Shown here piece after piece: positions 40,616 through 53,849 of a stretch of 64,000 nucleotides of DNA. This DNA comes from Antedon mediterranea (Eukaryota; Animalia; Echinodermata): NCBI RefSeq assembly GCF_964355755.1, contig NC_092674.1, positions 27,652,001 to 27,716,000 of the forward strand. Reading direction: 5' to 3'. The notes beneath the pieces are model-generated. The model saw nothing but the letters and a program-made list of their open reading frames with translations, searched no databases and was not told the DNA's origin. The translations under genes and the position numbers were made by a program. Positions within the stretch are counted from its first letter, which is position 1; each line of letters begins with the position of its first letter.

Positions 40616-42808
40616 ATATATTCATATAAATAGTGTACAATACTCACAGTATTTTTTAATCCATCCACATGAAGAAGAGACACAAGAAGAGTTGTTTGAA
40701 ATTGTGAAGCCTCACAACCTTACTAATTGTGATGACATTTAATATAATATTACAGCCATACACAAACAGTAAGGTAGTTAGGGTCACTACAATCTATTAA
40801 AATAATTAACAATAATTAACTGGAAACATTGTTAATTATCAGTTTGAGTTTGACTTTTGTCTCTTTTGTTGTAGAATTGAATCTCTGTTTATCCATTGCT
40901 TTCAACCTGAAAATAAACAGGCCTAATACCTTGGCATTAGCAATGAAATCAACTTACACACTGATGAATCTTAATACTCCTACCTACCTATCCAATATTT
41001 TATATAGATAGGCTGTCTATGACCCCCCAGCCTATCCCTAGCTAGGCCTATGCCTCTCTAGACCATTCTGCTGGCTAGCTAGCAAGGCCCTAGGCCTAGT
41101 CCTATAATTAATAGCACAGGTCTCATATAGATAGGCCTAGAGTGTTTAGACTGAGCCTGGTTATATGCCTATTTATTTAACTAGGACTAGGCAGGCCTAA
41201 TCAGCCTAAACTAAGGCCTAATAAACTAGTCTAGGCCCTAACTAGAATACATAGAGCTAGCTAGTTAGGCAGCCTAGGCCTAGGCCTAGCTACTTATTAG
41301 CTAGTAAGTAGGCCTAGCTAGCTAGCCTACCAATTCCCTAGTAAGGCCTAACCAGGTGGGCCTAGCCTAGTAGCAGTAGTAGTACGTCATAGTAGTCTAG
41401 TAGTAGCCTACTATGCCAGGGTACTTCTTTCTATTTCTAGGCCTAGCTAGACTAGGCTAGCCCTAGTAGGCCTAGCTAGACTAGGCTAGCCCTAGTAGGC
41501 CTAGCTAGGCTATAGGCCTAGTAGTACTAGGCCTACATAGGCCTAAACTACTAGCTAGAGTAGAGAGATGCTAGCCTAACTAGGCCTAGGCCCTAGCTAG
41601 CTAGCTAGACTTCTAGGCTAGAGGCTAGTAGGTAGGCCTAATCTGCCCTTTTTGTTTGGCGGCTAAAATATTGTCTGAAATAAGCTATATGACCTACAAA
41701 TATAGCTTAACTATCTGTTAAGGGTGACACTGATGATGGGTAATCAATAAAATATGCTTCTAAATCTACCTTTTTGGCTTGCAATCATAATATCCAGTCT
41801 AGCCTAGGCCTGCACGGATCAGGTAGCGAAACGAACGAAGTGAGAGCAGAGAGAGGAGGAGGAGGCCTGGAGGCCTAGGGCCTAGGTTTCAGGCAGAAAA
41901 GAACATCTTGAGTTTGTGTAATTATATATCTATTTATAGTTATTTTAAAATATATGTCTAACATTTAAAAAATTATATATATTAGTGATAATTAACTATA
42001 AGAATAAAACTCTACCTAATGATATAATCAATTAAATGTATTTTCCGTACAAAATTAATTATATACGAGGATGGCATAAGTGATAGTTCTCTGTTATCAA
42101 AAAACAACTACATACTATACCTGAACTCTTCACCGGTTGTGGTTTTATTCAGTGAGCGTGCAAAAGAAAAGCAATAAAACCACAATTCATGGCTTACGCA
42201 AAATTATTGGAAGAGTTTATTGAATAAAAATGTGTCTAACAAGTCATATATCTTACAACGGTAAGAATGAATATCATTATTTTAGTTATTTCAGCTGAAA
42301 AATATCAGGCCCATCTTCAATCTTTGATCCTGTCCCGTGAAGACATCCATACAAAAGGACTTTGCCTCTGATGAAAGATCAGATAACGATAGGCTGTACA
42401 TTAGTTTAGTTAGTCGGGTACAGCATAGAGATATTATAATATCTCTATATGGGTACAGTAAGGCCTGACAGCTATATTAAAACATTATTTATCTTGAGGA
42501 AACGGCGGAAACAATATTTGCTGTAATACCAAACATATTGAACAATAAGGTGACTTTTTTTCAGTCGTTTAAATATGGCTTTCAACAGTGTTGTTGTAAT
42601 TGTTTTTTTAAGGAAATGTTTTTATTACTAGTTACTAACACAACTATATGGATGGGTTGTATTTATTGTATTGTACCTTATAACCTTATATTAATAGTTG
42701 AAACTATTTATGAAACTATTATTATGTACAATATAATTATTTCTGTAACTGTATTAATGTTCTGGTTGTTTATTTATAACACTAACAGTAATATTTTCAA
42801 ATCCTCTT

Positions 42809-43148
42809 ATGCACTTGTCAATTGTATGACCCACTATACGACCCCCGGGAGAGGTGCGTCATGGGTGCGTCATTTACAAATAATTACTGACGCAGGGGTG
42901 CGTCAAAAAACCTAGATGGTATGTCACATCAATGAACAAGGTGTGTCAATGTCCGTCACTTTACCACCCACCATATCATAAACAACATGGTCACAGTGCG
43001 TCAAAATGGGTGCGTCATGGTCACCTAAAGGTAAGTCACCTTTTTGACGCACCCATGCGTCATGGTATTCAAAAGTATGACGCACATCGGACAAATGACG
43101 CACCTCTCCCGGGGGTCGTATAGTGGGTCATACAATTGACAAGTGCAT
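42809..43148. mobile_element. MITE with 54-bp perfect TIR (superfamily unassigned)
   Basis: ATGCACTTGTCAATTGTATGACCCACTATACGACCCCCGGGAGAGGTGCGTCAT and its exact reverse complement; ten TGCGTCA/TGACGCA motifs across the element; TSD not clear. Confidence 0.85.
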
Positions 43149-44383
43149 TATTTCGACATACACATGTTTTATTATTAATAAAGGGACAAGAAGTTTAGAT
43201 TCTTTGATATTGCTCATTTTGTTTGTGTCTGTCATAATATTTTAATACAAATACAATATTTTAAAATGTTATGTGGTGATCAGGTGGGGAATTCCAGATG
43301 TATTGTGAATTCCTCCAGATCAAAATTGATTGTGAGACTACAAATTCAAGATCATGTCGGCTAAAAAGTGCATAAGATTGGTACAGTATACCTGTTTTAC
43401 TAGTACAGTGTAGACATTATTTTAATTTTCTCTTTAATCTATTAGTGGATCCATTAAAGTGAGACAGTTACTTATTAACATTGCTAATGATGTCACATCC
43501 TCTTCTCAATGCAATACGTTTATTCAACTTGCATTTTGTAATGCCCTAGTTATAATGTTAGGTTAAAGGTAAAAATCATCTAGCAGTTTATTGTATCTCC
43601 TCTTTTTATGTCCGGCTTAAATGACGTAAAGGAAATAGGCATAACATTGCTTGGTGAATGTTAAGAGATTTAACTGTATTGAAAGTAAGTGTCAAGAGAT
43701 TGAAAGTAAGTGCCAAGAGATTGAAAGTTAGTGTTTTTTGGCATAAAAAATGTACAGTACAATACTATAGGAATGATATGAACATTAAACACAATAAAGT
43801 TTAAATATATTTTAAAAGGGTGCCTGAACATGCATAACCTTAAAATAATTACAGTGCTATTTAATTTTAGATAATTCTCTTAACATCTGGTTTTCCTGTT
43901 GAAGGTAGCCATTTCAAGGTAGCCATTTCCTGGTTATAGTAAATAGTTTACTACTTGAAAATGGATGGTTGTAAAACAATTACAGCTCTCAGTCTCAGAA
44001 CTAATTCCATACACTTTTATTCACAAGCTCTGTCTACACTATCAAACTAGTTGGACAAAAAAGTCTGATGTGCCTAAATATATGGTAGTGATATGACATC
44101 ATCATGTCCATAAAAAGGCACACCCTTTTTTTTTGTCGCATAAAGTTTTGTAGTGTAGAGAAATAAAGTATAGGTACTGTAAACACAGTACAGTACAGGT
44201 AATCGTATTATAAAAGAACATCTTCCCTCTAAATTTATCAAGTATTAACCTTTATTTACTGTATCATTGTGTTTTTAAGGTCAAGTAGAATTCTGCTTTT
44301 TCCGTTTACATTACCAAAGTCCAGTTGAGAAATACATACAGTACTTGTGGTGTATGTTTGTCTACACTATCAAAGCGTACAGT

Positions 44384-44558
44384 CAGGGAACATTTTCGCC
44401 AGTGTAGCGTAGCAAAAAGCTATACAAAACAACCTTATTGCTACACATTTTGAAAATTGTGTAGCAAAAAATACAATACAAAACTATGTTTCTCGACTTA
44501 AAAATCAGTTTGATTAGCAATATTGCTAAACAAAATTTTTAAATGAAAATTTTCCCTG
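44384..44558. mobile_element. MITE family B (CAGGGAA...TTCCCTG), nested in a MITE-A copy
   Basis: Short TIR CAGGGAA; near-identical copies at 48201-48373 (inverted) and ~46405-46568 (5'-truncated). Confidence 0.75.
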
Positions 44559-45100
44559 AGCAGTGCTGTATGTGTGACAAAAAAGTGTGATGTGCCCTAA
44601 TACGGTAGTGATATGCCCAAATATGGTAGTGATATGCCCAAATATGGTAGTGATTATGACATCATGTCCATGGGCACATCACATTTTTTGTCACATAAAT
44701 AAAGGTTTGATAGTGTAGACAGAGCTTTAGTTAAATAGTTTTAGTATAAATTACGAATACCACTAGACTATTACTACTACTAGCGTCTTTACACGACACA
44801 ATTTTAATATCGGTAGTGAGTCATTATTATTATTTGTACTATGAGCTTCTAACCTACTGTAACAATGTCATTAGCTCCTATAGTGAAGTAAAGTAAGTTT
44901 ACATTGCTATGGAGCTAAAGAGCACTTATTATAATATGTTCTACAGAGACTTCCATTCTGATGGCCTTTGTCACATTTCATGTGTGCTATTACTGTATAA
45001 TTATATATTCCTTGCTGATGTCACTCCTCGTCTGAGGAAGTTATAAGTTCTATTGAACTGGTCAGTAATGACATTACTGATTGACATAATGATTTATTTT

Positions 45101-46004
45101 GGGTATTGCTAAACACCGCAAACCCCGCAAACCTCCAAAAAAACATAGCAAACCCCATCGAACCAACATAAAAGTGATTGAATCATGTAGTGTACAACCC
45201 ACTGGGTATATCCATGTAAAAAAAATAATACATTTTTACTGTTAACTAATTATTTTTGTGGTAAAACATCATTTTTTGGTCAAAAATGATTGCTACTGTA
45301 AACCCTGCAAACCTCCAAAAAAATATAGCAAACCCCATCGAACCAACATAAAAGTGATTGAATCATGTAGTGTACAACCCACTGGGTATATTCATGTTAA
45401 AAAAATATTAAATTTCTACTGTTAACTACTTGTTTTTGGGGTAAAACATCATTTTTTGGTCAAAAATGATTGCTAAACCCCGCAAACCTCCAAAAAAATA
45501 TAGCAAACCCCACCGAACCAACATAAAAGTGATTGAATCATGTAGTGTACAACCCACTGGGTATATCCATGTAAAAAAAAAATTAAATTTCTACTGTTAA
45601 CTACTTATTTTTGGGGTAAAACATCATTTTTTGGTCAAAAATGATTGCTAATTTTTAACCAAAAAATGATGTTTTATCCCCAAAAAAGTAGTTAACAGTA
45701 GAAATTTAATAATTTATATACCCAGTGGGTCGTACACTACATTATTCAATCACTTTTATGTTGGTTCGGTGGGGTTTGCTATGGTTTTTTTTAGGTTTGC
45801 GGGGTTTAGCAATCATTTTTTGACCAAAAAATGATGTTTTACCCCAAAAATAAGTTGTTAACAGTAGAAATTTAATTTTTTTTTTTACATTGATAAACCC
45901 AGTGGGTTGTATACTACATGATTCAATCACTTTTATGTTGGTTCGGTGGGGTTTGCTATGTTTTTTTGAAGGTTTGCGGGGGTTGCCAGTGTTTAGCAAT
46001 ACCC
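45101..46004. mobile_element. Foldback element with tandem ~178-bp subterminal units
   Basis: TIR GGGTATTGCTAAACAC; 8-bp TSD TTTATTTT (45093-45100, 46005-46012); three forward units meet about two reverse units near 45650. Confidence 0.85.
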
Positions 46005-49000
46005 TTTATTTTTTCGTTACAGTTAAAATTTGAGCAAAGTTTATAAATGTGGTGGTGTTATTGTAGATTACTATTTTGGAGTTCAGTTAGATCGTTACTA
46101 CATGATCATTAGACTTGTTGCCCCAAGTCTGTATTTTTTTATGTTAGTTAGTCCACCAGTCGACGTTTCGATTTTTGAAATTGTACTGTAGTATTATATT
46201 ATATACGTATGAAACGCCATATGTGCCAAAATATTTATCTTTACTAATTACGGGCTAGTCTACTAAAACATCAGCTAGTATAATTATGAACAAATACAAC
46301 ATTGGAAAACATTAGTTAAACATTCAACAAGATGAATAATGAATGTATAGTTTCATTTTTGTGATTAATTACCTTATGGTTGTACTGTATTTGTTGTATA
46401 TAATAATTTCGCCAGTGTAGTATAGCAAAAAGCTATACAAAACAACCTTATTGCTACACATTTCTAAAATTGTGTAGCAAAAAATACAATTCAAAACTAT
46501 GTTTCTCGACTCAAAAATCAGTTTGAGCAATATTGCTAAACAAAATTTTATAATGAAATTTTTCCCTGACATCTACTTTAATTTAATTCAAGGACCATTA
46601 TTAGAAACCATTTAAATAGTGATGAAGACCTGTGTAATGTTTAATTTAAACCATTTCTTAAGACTGCTATTAAAACAACAACAAAATGTCTGTAATTATT
46701 ATTTGAAAATATAGAGAGGAAGGTACAGTACAGCAGTACAGGGCATAAACAGTGAGAAATCTTTTGTTCTTATTTATAATACCTTTCCGTTCTTTCCCAC
46801 GCCCCTACAATTTTTAAAAATGTTTTCCTGTGGAAAGTACAGTACAGTAATATTTTAAAATTATAAATGGTTACAAATAAATAGTGGTATCATTGGTTGG
46901 ATGATATGACAAAGTCTATGAAGTGTACTTATTTCTGGGCACATACAGTTAGTAGTACTATACTACTGTACTATAGTAGTGAGTAGTACAGTAGTAACAG
47001 TACTGTAGGTTAGTAGCTCAGTAGTATTATTAGCTAGCAGTAATAATACAGTAGTACTATATGTACTGTATTGAATATTATTATACTGAATCAACCAGAT
47101 GTCAAAAGTTGAGAACAAAGTAGTTTGCTGGCTGGCTAGCATGTTTGCCAATGAATCGAATCTTTCTTTTATGAGAGAACAGTAATATATAATAAATGTT
47201 TATTTGTGCGTAATGCTCACAAAGAATTGTGGTATATAGGTCTTAATATTGATTCCTATTGCACGTGACAAGTTACTGTGTCACAAACTATGCTGTATTA
47301 AGGATATTTAATAACTACATACAAGATATTGTATCCAGTTATTATTGAATCTTATTAATAATTAATCATTCTATTAAAGAAATCTTGTTAATTTCTAATT
47401 AGAAACATGCTTCTCCATTGACTTTATTCTATTAATTCAAAGTTAAAGATGTATTGTCCCCTAAAAACATGAAAAAATAAAGATTAATAAAACCAGACTT
47501 TAAATAGATTATGTTGTAGTTTTAATAAAGTTAATCACTTTCGTAGAAAAAAAACCCAGAAAAAACTAATTTTTTCACTTTATTAAAATGACAAAATAAA
47601 TGGTTAAATTCAACCAAAAATTCATTGGCTGGCAGCAATTATTTTGCTTTAAATTACAGTTTTTTAAGTTAAATACTTTTTTTGCATTCCAATTTTTGCT
47701 CAAAGTGTATCTATATAGGTGACCTTAGAATGGATTTTGTTTCGCAGCTAAAAAATGTTACCACAGATACTATACAATACCCGATCATCAATACTGATCT
47801 GAATTGAGCACCACTAGTTTTGCCAGTTTTTCGTGTTGCGCCTTTAGGACAGAATCATTACAAAACAGTATCAACGCAGAAGCTATTACTTACGAAGTTT
47901 GAAAAAAATGGGAATTTGTAAACTCGGATTTTACCAGTAGAAAACCTGTCTTGCGTATATTGATTCTGTGTTGTCTGTACTTTAATGTCATCAATCTAGT
48001 CAATATTATCAATTTCCTGTTGTTTTCTTCTTTACTTAAATTAAATAGTCCCCACTTGTCTTTAAAAAAAATCCTTCACTTGGATCCGGTTTAACTGAAC
48101 CAATCAAAGATCTTTGCATTTTTTTTCAGAATAGACACAACATGGATTATTTTATATCCTTTTAATACAGAATCCTTACAACATTCTATTGTCTGTTTTG
48201 CAGGGAAAAATTTCATTTAAAAATTTTGTTTAGCAATATTGCTAATCAAACTGATTTTTAAGTCGAGAAACATAGTTTTGTATTGTATTTTTTGCTACAC
48301 AATTTTCAAAATGTGTAGCAATAAGGTTGTTTTGTATAGCTTTTTGCTGCTACTTTGCCGAAAATGTTCCCTGTTTTGTGCTTAGCTTTAGATAATGCCG
48401 ACAATATCCCTGTATCAAAAGAGAGGATACATTTTTTTGTCGTTTGTGAAGAACGCTCTTTATTTCAATTTCAGACCATTTTATTTTGTTTATTCTTTCA
48501 TTTCAATAAAAAGCATTTACAAAAAGGCATTGTTATTGTTATTATTCCGCATTGATTTTTATCGCATATTGTTTTCATTTTACAAGTTTCTGTGATTTGA
48601 ATTCTGTGACTACACCCCTATTGAATCTGTCAATACTGTAGTAATTGTCAATATGCTTTTAGTGTATCAATTCACAAACTATCAAATTCAATGTCCGGGT
48701 TGTTTTTTCTGCTAAATAAAAGTATTATATTTTAGTTGGATTGTAATCGCTGCATTTTTTTGCTGTATATATTATTATGTATTACTGGTATATTAATGTG
48801 TGAACAGAATTAATTTTAGAACATAGTCAAGTAAGTTCTTAGTAATCATTTTAGCCCAACATTGATCCGTCAGTTGAGAATGGCCTTTAAAGTGGAATAC
48901 GGTAAACCCTTTGTGTGTGTAGGTTTATAAATTGGTTCGTTGTAAAAATGTCATTATAGAGTAAAGTGCGGTAGATTATTAGATTTTAATAATTGTTGTT

Positions 49001-49042
49001 TTTTGTATTTCTTGCATAGACTGAGTTGTAGTGACTTTCAGC

Positions 49043-52000
49043 ATGGAGAAGTCGTCAGTTCAAAGTAATGCAGAATATTGTGGGGTATGTATGAAATAAG
49101 CACTTATTATTGTACTGGCCCTGACATGAAATGTTTGTAAAGGCCCTCTGGGCTAGCCATTCAAGATAATGTTTATCCTTTTTTTTTTATAATTTTCTCA
49201 GGGGCGACGGACATTGCTGTTTATATTAATAGTTTATACGCTACTGCTCGGTATGTTTATGTCGAAATACTTGTATCACCAAGAAGGACGCATGAAACCG
49301 CATAACATGTCGACATATGTACACATGCAGAACATTCGCAACATCATGCGGCTACAAACTGAAAAATTTCAAAATAAAAAAGCAGAGTATGGTGGAAAAC
49401 CAGATATGAAAAACAATTCAACAAATATTATTAATGATAATGTAACGAACAATAATACTTCATTTCCAAAGTTAAGTAAAACTACAAAACGTCTTGAAGT
49501 AGATCTGATGCAAAAGAGTAGTATTGAAAATATTAGTTCAAAGGTTATACAAACTAAAAAGTCACCAACAAGAAAGACACCAACAAAAAAGACACCAACA
49601 AAAATGTCACCAACAAAAAAGCCACCACCACCGGTGACACCGGCACCACGTCCACATGTTTTATTCCGTTATAAATCAATGCGAACTGGCAAGGTAAGAT
49701 ATCTTTTTATTTTATTTAGCCTTAAGGCCAATTTACACAGATGATTGGTAACGATAATACAAATCTAAAATAAAATCTAAAATAAAAATATAGGATTTAT
49801 GTTATTCCAATAAATTTGCCACCTCTATTTAAACTTCAACTTGAAACTTTTCTTTTTAATTAATAATGCTAGTATTGTTGGGCGCTTTGTAGGGCGTTAT
49901 ATACTTACATAGATGGTTAGATAACCATTTACACAAAGCGCGGATGGGTGCTGCAGATGGATACAGATTCTACGTAAGACAAACTATGTGGTTTTACGCT
50001 TACCGTTAACGCTCGTCTGTGCCAATTAGGATTTACTGAAGATATCCAACAATCACACTAGCATCTCCTTTGAAACAGCACAACCGATACTTGTGTCATT
50101 TCCCCTTTAGCCATTTGTTAGGACAGCAATTCTCTGCAAAAATTTAATTTTTTAGACCTATTTCAGGTTGCAGTCATCATGAATTCACTAATTATATGAA
50201 CTTAATAGTTTACCCTAAATTTAATTTAATGTCATATAGAAAGATTTAAAAACAAGTTTAATTCAAATTATGTGTGGGTCCAATATTGTTTATACTTGCC
50301 GAGTATACACATTTATTAAATGGCGTTTTAAATATTAAATGTTCTATTGACTGTATAAGCTAAAAATATGACGCATGTGAAAATTCAATTTGATAAAGGA
50401 TATTTAAAATTGTTTTGTATTTGTTAAATGATCGGTATAGTATTTCATTAGATGAAAGATCAAATGTTCTATTTAACAAAGCAGAGTCAAGTGAAACAGA
50501 CAAATAGTGAGTTAGAGGTTAAAGGTCATTATAAACATTTTAACCTCTAAAATCAGCATGGATTTCCTCTCATTCATTTCATGTATTATAGTATTAACCA
50601 TTATTCAATTGCATTCTATATAGTTAGAAGTTACTTAAAATATTTTTTCTATTTATAGTATATACAGTACCCTTTAAATTTATTGAATTTTTTTTTAGTC
50701 TTTTGAAAGCCACTGTAAAAAATGTGCAATTGTTTCAAGCTCCGGCCAGCTACTAGGAAAGAACCTTGGCTCTGAGATCGACAGTTATCCTTGTGTGTTG
50801 AGAATGAACACCGCCCCCGTAAGGGGCTTTGAGAAAGAGGTTGGACACAAGACGACTGTTCGTGTATCATGTTTTATATCCACGAAAGGCTTAATGTCGA
50901 CATCGTCCTTATTTGCTGGTACGGGGAAGCCAGAGAAGGTCCTTATATGGGGCCTACATCATAGGAAAAATGCATGGGCTATGAGAAACGCTAAAGCTTT
51001 GAATGCAAAATATAAAGATGTTGAATTCTTTGCGCAAGAAGAATCTGGTGAGACATATGCAGGAGAAATATTCAAACAAGAAACCGGTCAGGATAGGTAT
51101 GTATCGTAGCGCTTTTCAACACTACAAATTATACATTTAAAAATAATAATAATTAAGAATTTCAATCTTATATACTGTAGCGCTTATTGCACAATACTTC
51201 TAAGCGTGCGCTTCACAACACATTATTACCTCTGTCATTTTTTTTTAATAAAAACATTTATGGAAACACACTCCCATATGATAGTGCAGCTAGTAATAAA
51301 CACTAAGTTGTGTCTTGATCTAACTGAGTGCCGATATAATAATGTTATATTGCATGATAATGCATATAACCTAATTATAGCATTGTTTCAAAGCATTTAT
51401 GTACAACAATTCTATAATGTAATGCATTTCCTACTTGAGAGAGGCCAACCTCCCCTAGGCTCTGACTTTAGTAATCAGGTTATTTCCCCAAAGAAGCCTA
51501 ATTTATCAAGGTCTGTTGATTTCCCTAATTTCCACTTTGAAACGTTTCTTCAGTTTAGATGTGATGGCATTTAGCCATACAAAGCCTTATAGTAATACAT
51601 TAATGTATTTCTGTTCATTATATGAAATTTATTCTTCCAATTGAAAAAATCTGGGTAATGAGAAAGCTGTAGAGGATCAAATGAATGAGTGAATATATTT
51701 TGCTAAGACCCGCTGTTCTTTGGTGCATTTATTATGTATAACAGCTGAACATATATAAAAATATACTAATTTTAATTTAAAAAAAAAAAAATTACTAGAA
51801 AAAAAAAAATAGGTAAAATGTTATTCAATAAAAGAATTGTCCATATCATGAAGATTTTCTGTTCTTTATGAATGAGACTTTTTTTATAACAAATTTCATT
51901 AGTGATATTAAAATAACATTAGATTTTATTATTTAAAAAACACATGATTCATGTTTACAATCTCAACACCATCTGCCGTTAAAGTCAAATTATTGATATT

Positions 52001-53849
52001 TTCCCTTGTGATTAAAATTGTTGATAATAATATATTAATAATTAATTTAAAAACTGTAACTTGTTGACTGATATGTTTTCTACCATACCTGTGTCATAGT
52101 ACACCACAGTTATTCCTATACTTTTCACATTCTTAAAACACAACAATTCAGCTGTACTCGGTGTATTTGAAATAGAATTGTCTGAGCTTACGTCTTGAAA
52201 TTTAAAAAGCTATGGTGTGCTATTTCATCATATTCTTTTAGTTTAAAGTTTGTTGAATCTAGTTGGCACACAGCCAGTGTTTACTAAGAACACTTTGGAC
52301 TTTGGACTTAATGGTAATCCATATTGAATGGTGAACCTTTAGTTCTACAGAATACAGTTTGTTTTCACATTTCTGAGAATGAATTGGCAATGGCTACTAA
52401 TAATATAATCGTACTATTAGAACATTAGTAGACATCAAATGGCTCAAAATATTTACAGTTTTTTGTAACAGTAGAATTCCTCTTTTTGGAAAACTTTGCC
52501 AAGACATGAATAATGAGCATTATATTATAATGTTAATGCTACAACCAGCTCATATTCGGGAAGTGGGATGTCCCTTTTATATACATTCTTCTTGGTTAGT
52601 TTTTCTCTGTGTTTAAATAAAATACATTTTTTCATATAAAACAGATGTTTACAGTTCAGGAAATGATAGTGTTATGTGTGTAGTTTGTAGCCAGAAACAG
52701 GATACTAAGGATTACTCTACATGACATTTCTATTTGTTACTAAATATGGTACAGACATGGCCAAATATGGTAGAGCTACGACATCATCATGTACATATAT
52801 GGGCAAATCACATAAAGTTTGATAGTGTAAACAGAGCTTTAGAGAAAGATTCTAGCCATTTAAATTGTGTATGCTTCTTTCAGAGCAAAAACAAACACAT
52901 GGCTGTCTACCGGCTGGTTCACCATGATGGTGGCGCTTGACATGTGTGATGAAATTCATGTTTATGGCATGATTCCTGAAGACTTTTGCGCGTGAGTATA
53001 CTATTATGAGTTTTTTTATTTCCAAAATTGATGTTTACAAATTACATCATGTTGAGGCTGAAACTTGCGAGAGATGAGTGTGTAATGATAGACTACTTGA
53101 CTGTCGTGCAGAAAGACCTGGATTCGATTCTCCTAGTCCACTCGGCTGTAAATAAGTACCTTGTTGAAAAATACTAGGGGATGATGAGGCAGCATGGAGA
53201 GAAAATGTCCACCCTACCACTTCAATCAAAATCAACATTTATTTCCAAAATGGTGGTGTCACCAAAAAAGCAAAGCTTGTGTCAGGGACGCCAAAACAAA
53301 ACAATCAAAAGCAAACAACACATATAAATAAAACATAGAAATGAAAATAACAATAAAACGCCAAGGCTTAGTACAATGAGCTGTTAGCAGGTATTCACAT
53401 ACTCTACCTTATATGCATATTTTTGTATTGATTATACTATAGATTATTTTTTACAATTTTTATTTGAACCATATTTAAGGAGGGTGATCTACCCAGCAAT
53501 TGCTGATCATTTGGGACCCTCAGAACAGATACAATACACAAAATACAACAATAACAGTAAAGTTGAATAACAATTTTATTTTATAATTTTTTATAGGAAG
53601 AACCCAGGATCACGAGTAAAATATCATTATTACCAATGGAAAGCAAACCCAGCTGAGTGCAATTATTACAAATCACAGGAAGGTAGCTCTAAGGGAAGCC
53701 ACAGGCTAATGACCGAAAAAGCCATATTTGAACGTTGGGGGCGACGTTACAACATGACATTCCATAACCCATCCTGGGACCTAACACCTCAAAAGACAGA
53801 ACGAAAAATCGAAACGCCGTTTATGAAGAAGTACGCTAAGACAAGGTAG
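49043..53849 (+). CDS. Alpha-2,6-sialyltransferase, GT29, ST6GalNAc III-VI subgroup
   Basis: Exons 49043-49084, 49202-49693, 50699-51096, 52884-52991, 53597-53849 (TAG); type II TM segment LLFILIVYTLLLGMFM. Sialylmotif L CAIVSSSGQLLGKNLGSEIDSYPCVLRMNTAPVRGFEKEVGHKTTVRV; motif S LSTGWFTMMVALDMCDEIHVYGM; motif III YHYY; motif VS HRLMTEK. Confidence 0.92.
53065..53230 (+). mobile_element. tRNA-derived SINE fragment in sialyltransferase intron
   Basis: B-box-like GGATTCGATTCT followed by GTCCACTCGGCTGTAAATAAGTACC, a conserved SINE core-like motif. Confidence 0.5.

Larger units (their letters stand above)
30008..42122. mobile_element. 12.1-kb foldback-type (MULE/FB-like) non-autonomous DNA transposon with internal satellite arrays
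   Basis: Imperfect TIRs 30008-30074 and 42057-42122 (about 10 mismatches plus one gap). Flanking direct repeat GAACTCTT at 29999-30006 and 42123-42130 (8 bp, or 9 bp with one mismatch). Inverted 97-bp arrays inside. Confidence 0.8.

Noticed and set aside
45742-45999. 85-aa Lys-rich ORF
   Set aside because: Translation of the ~178-bp foldback repeat unit.
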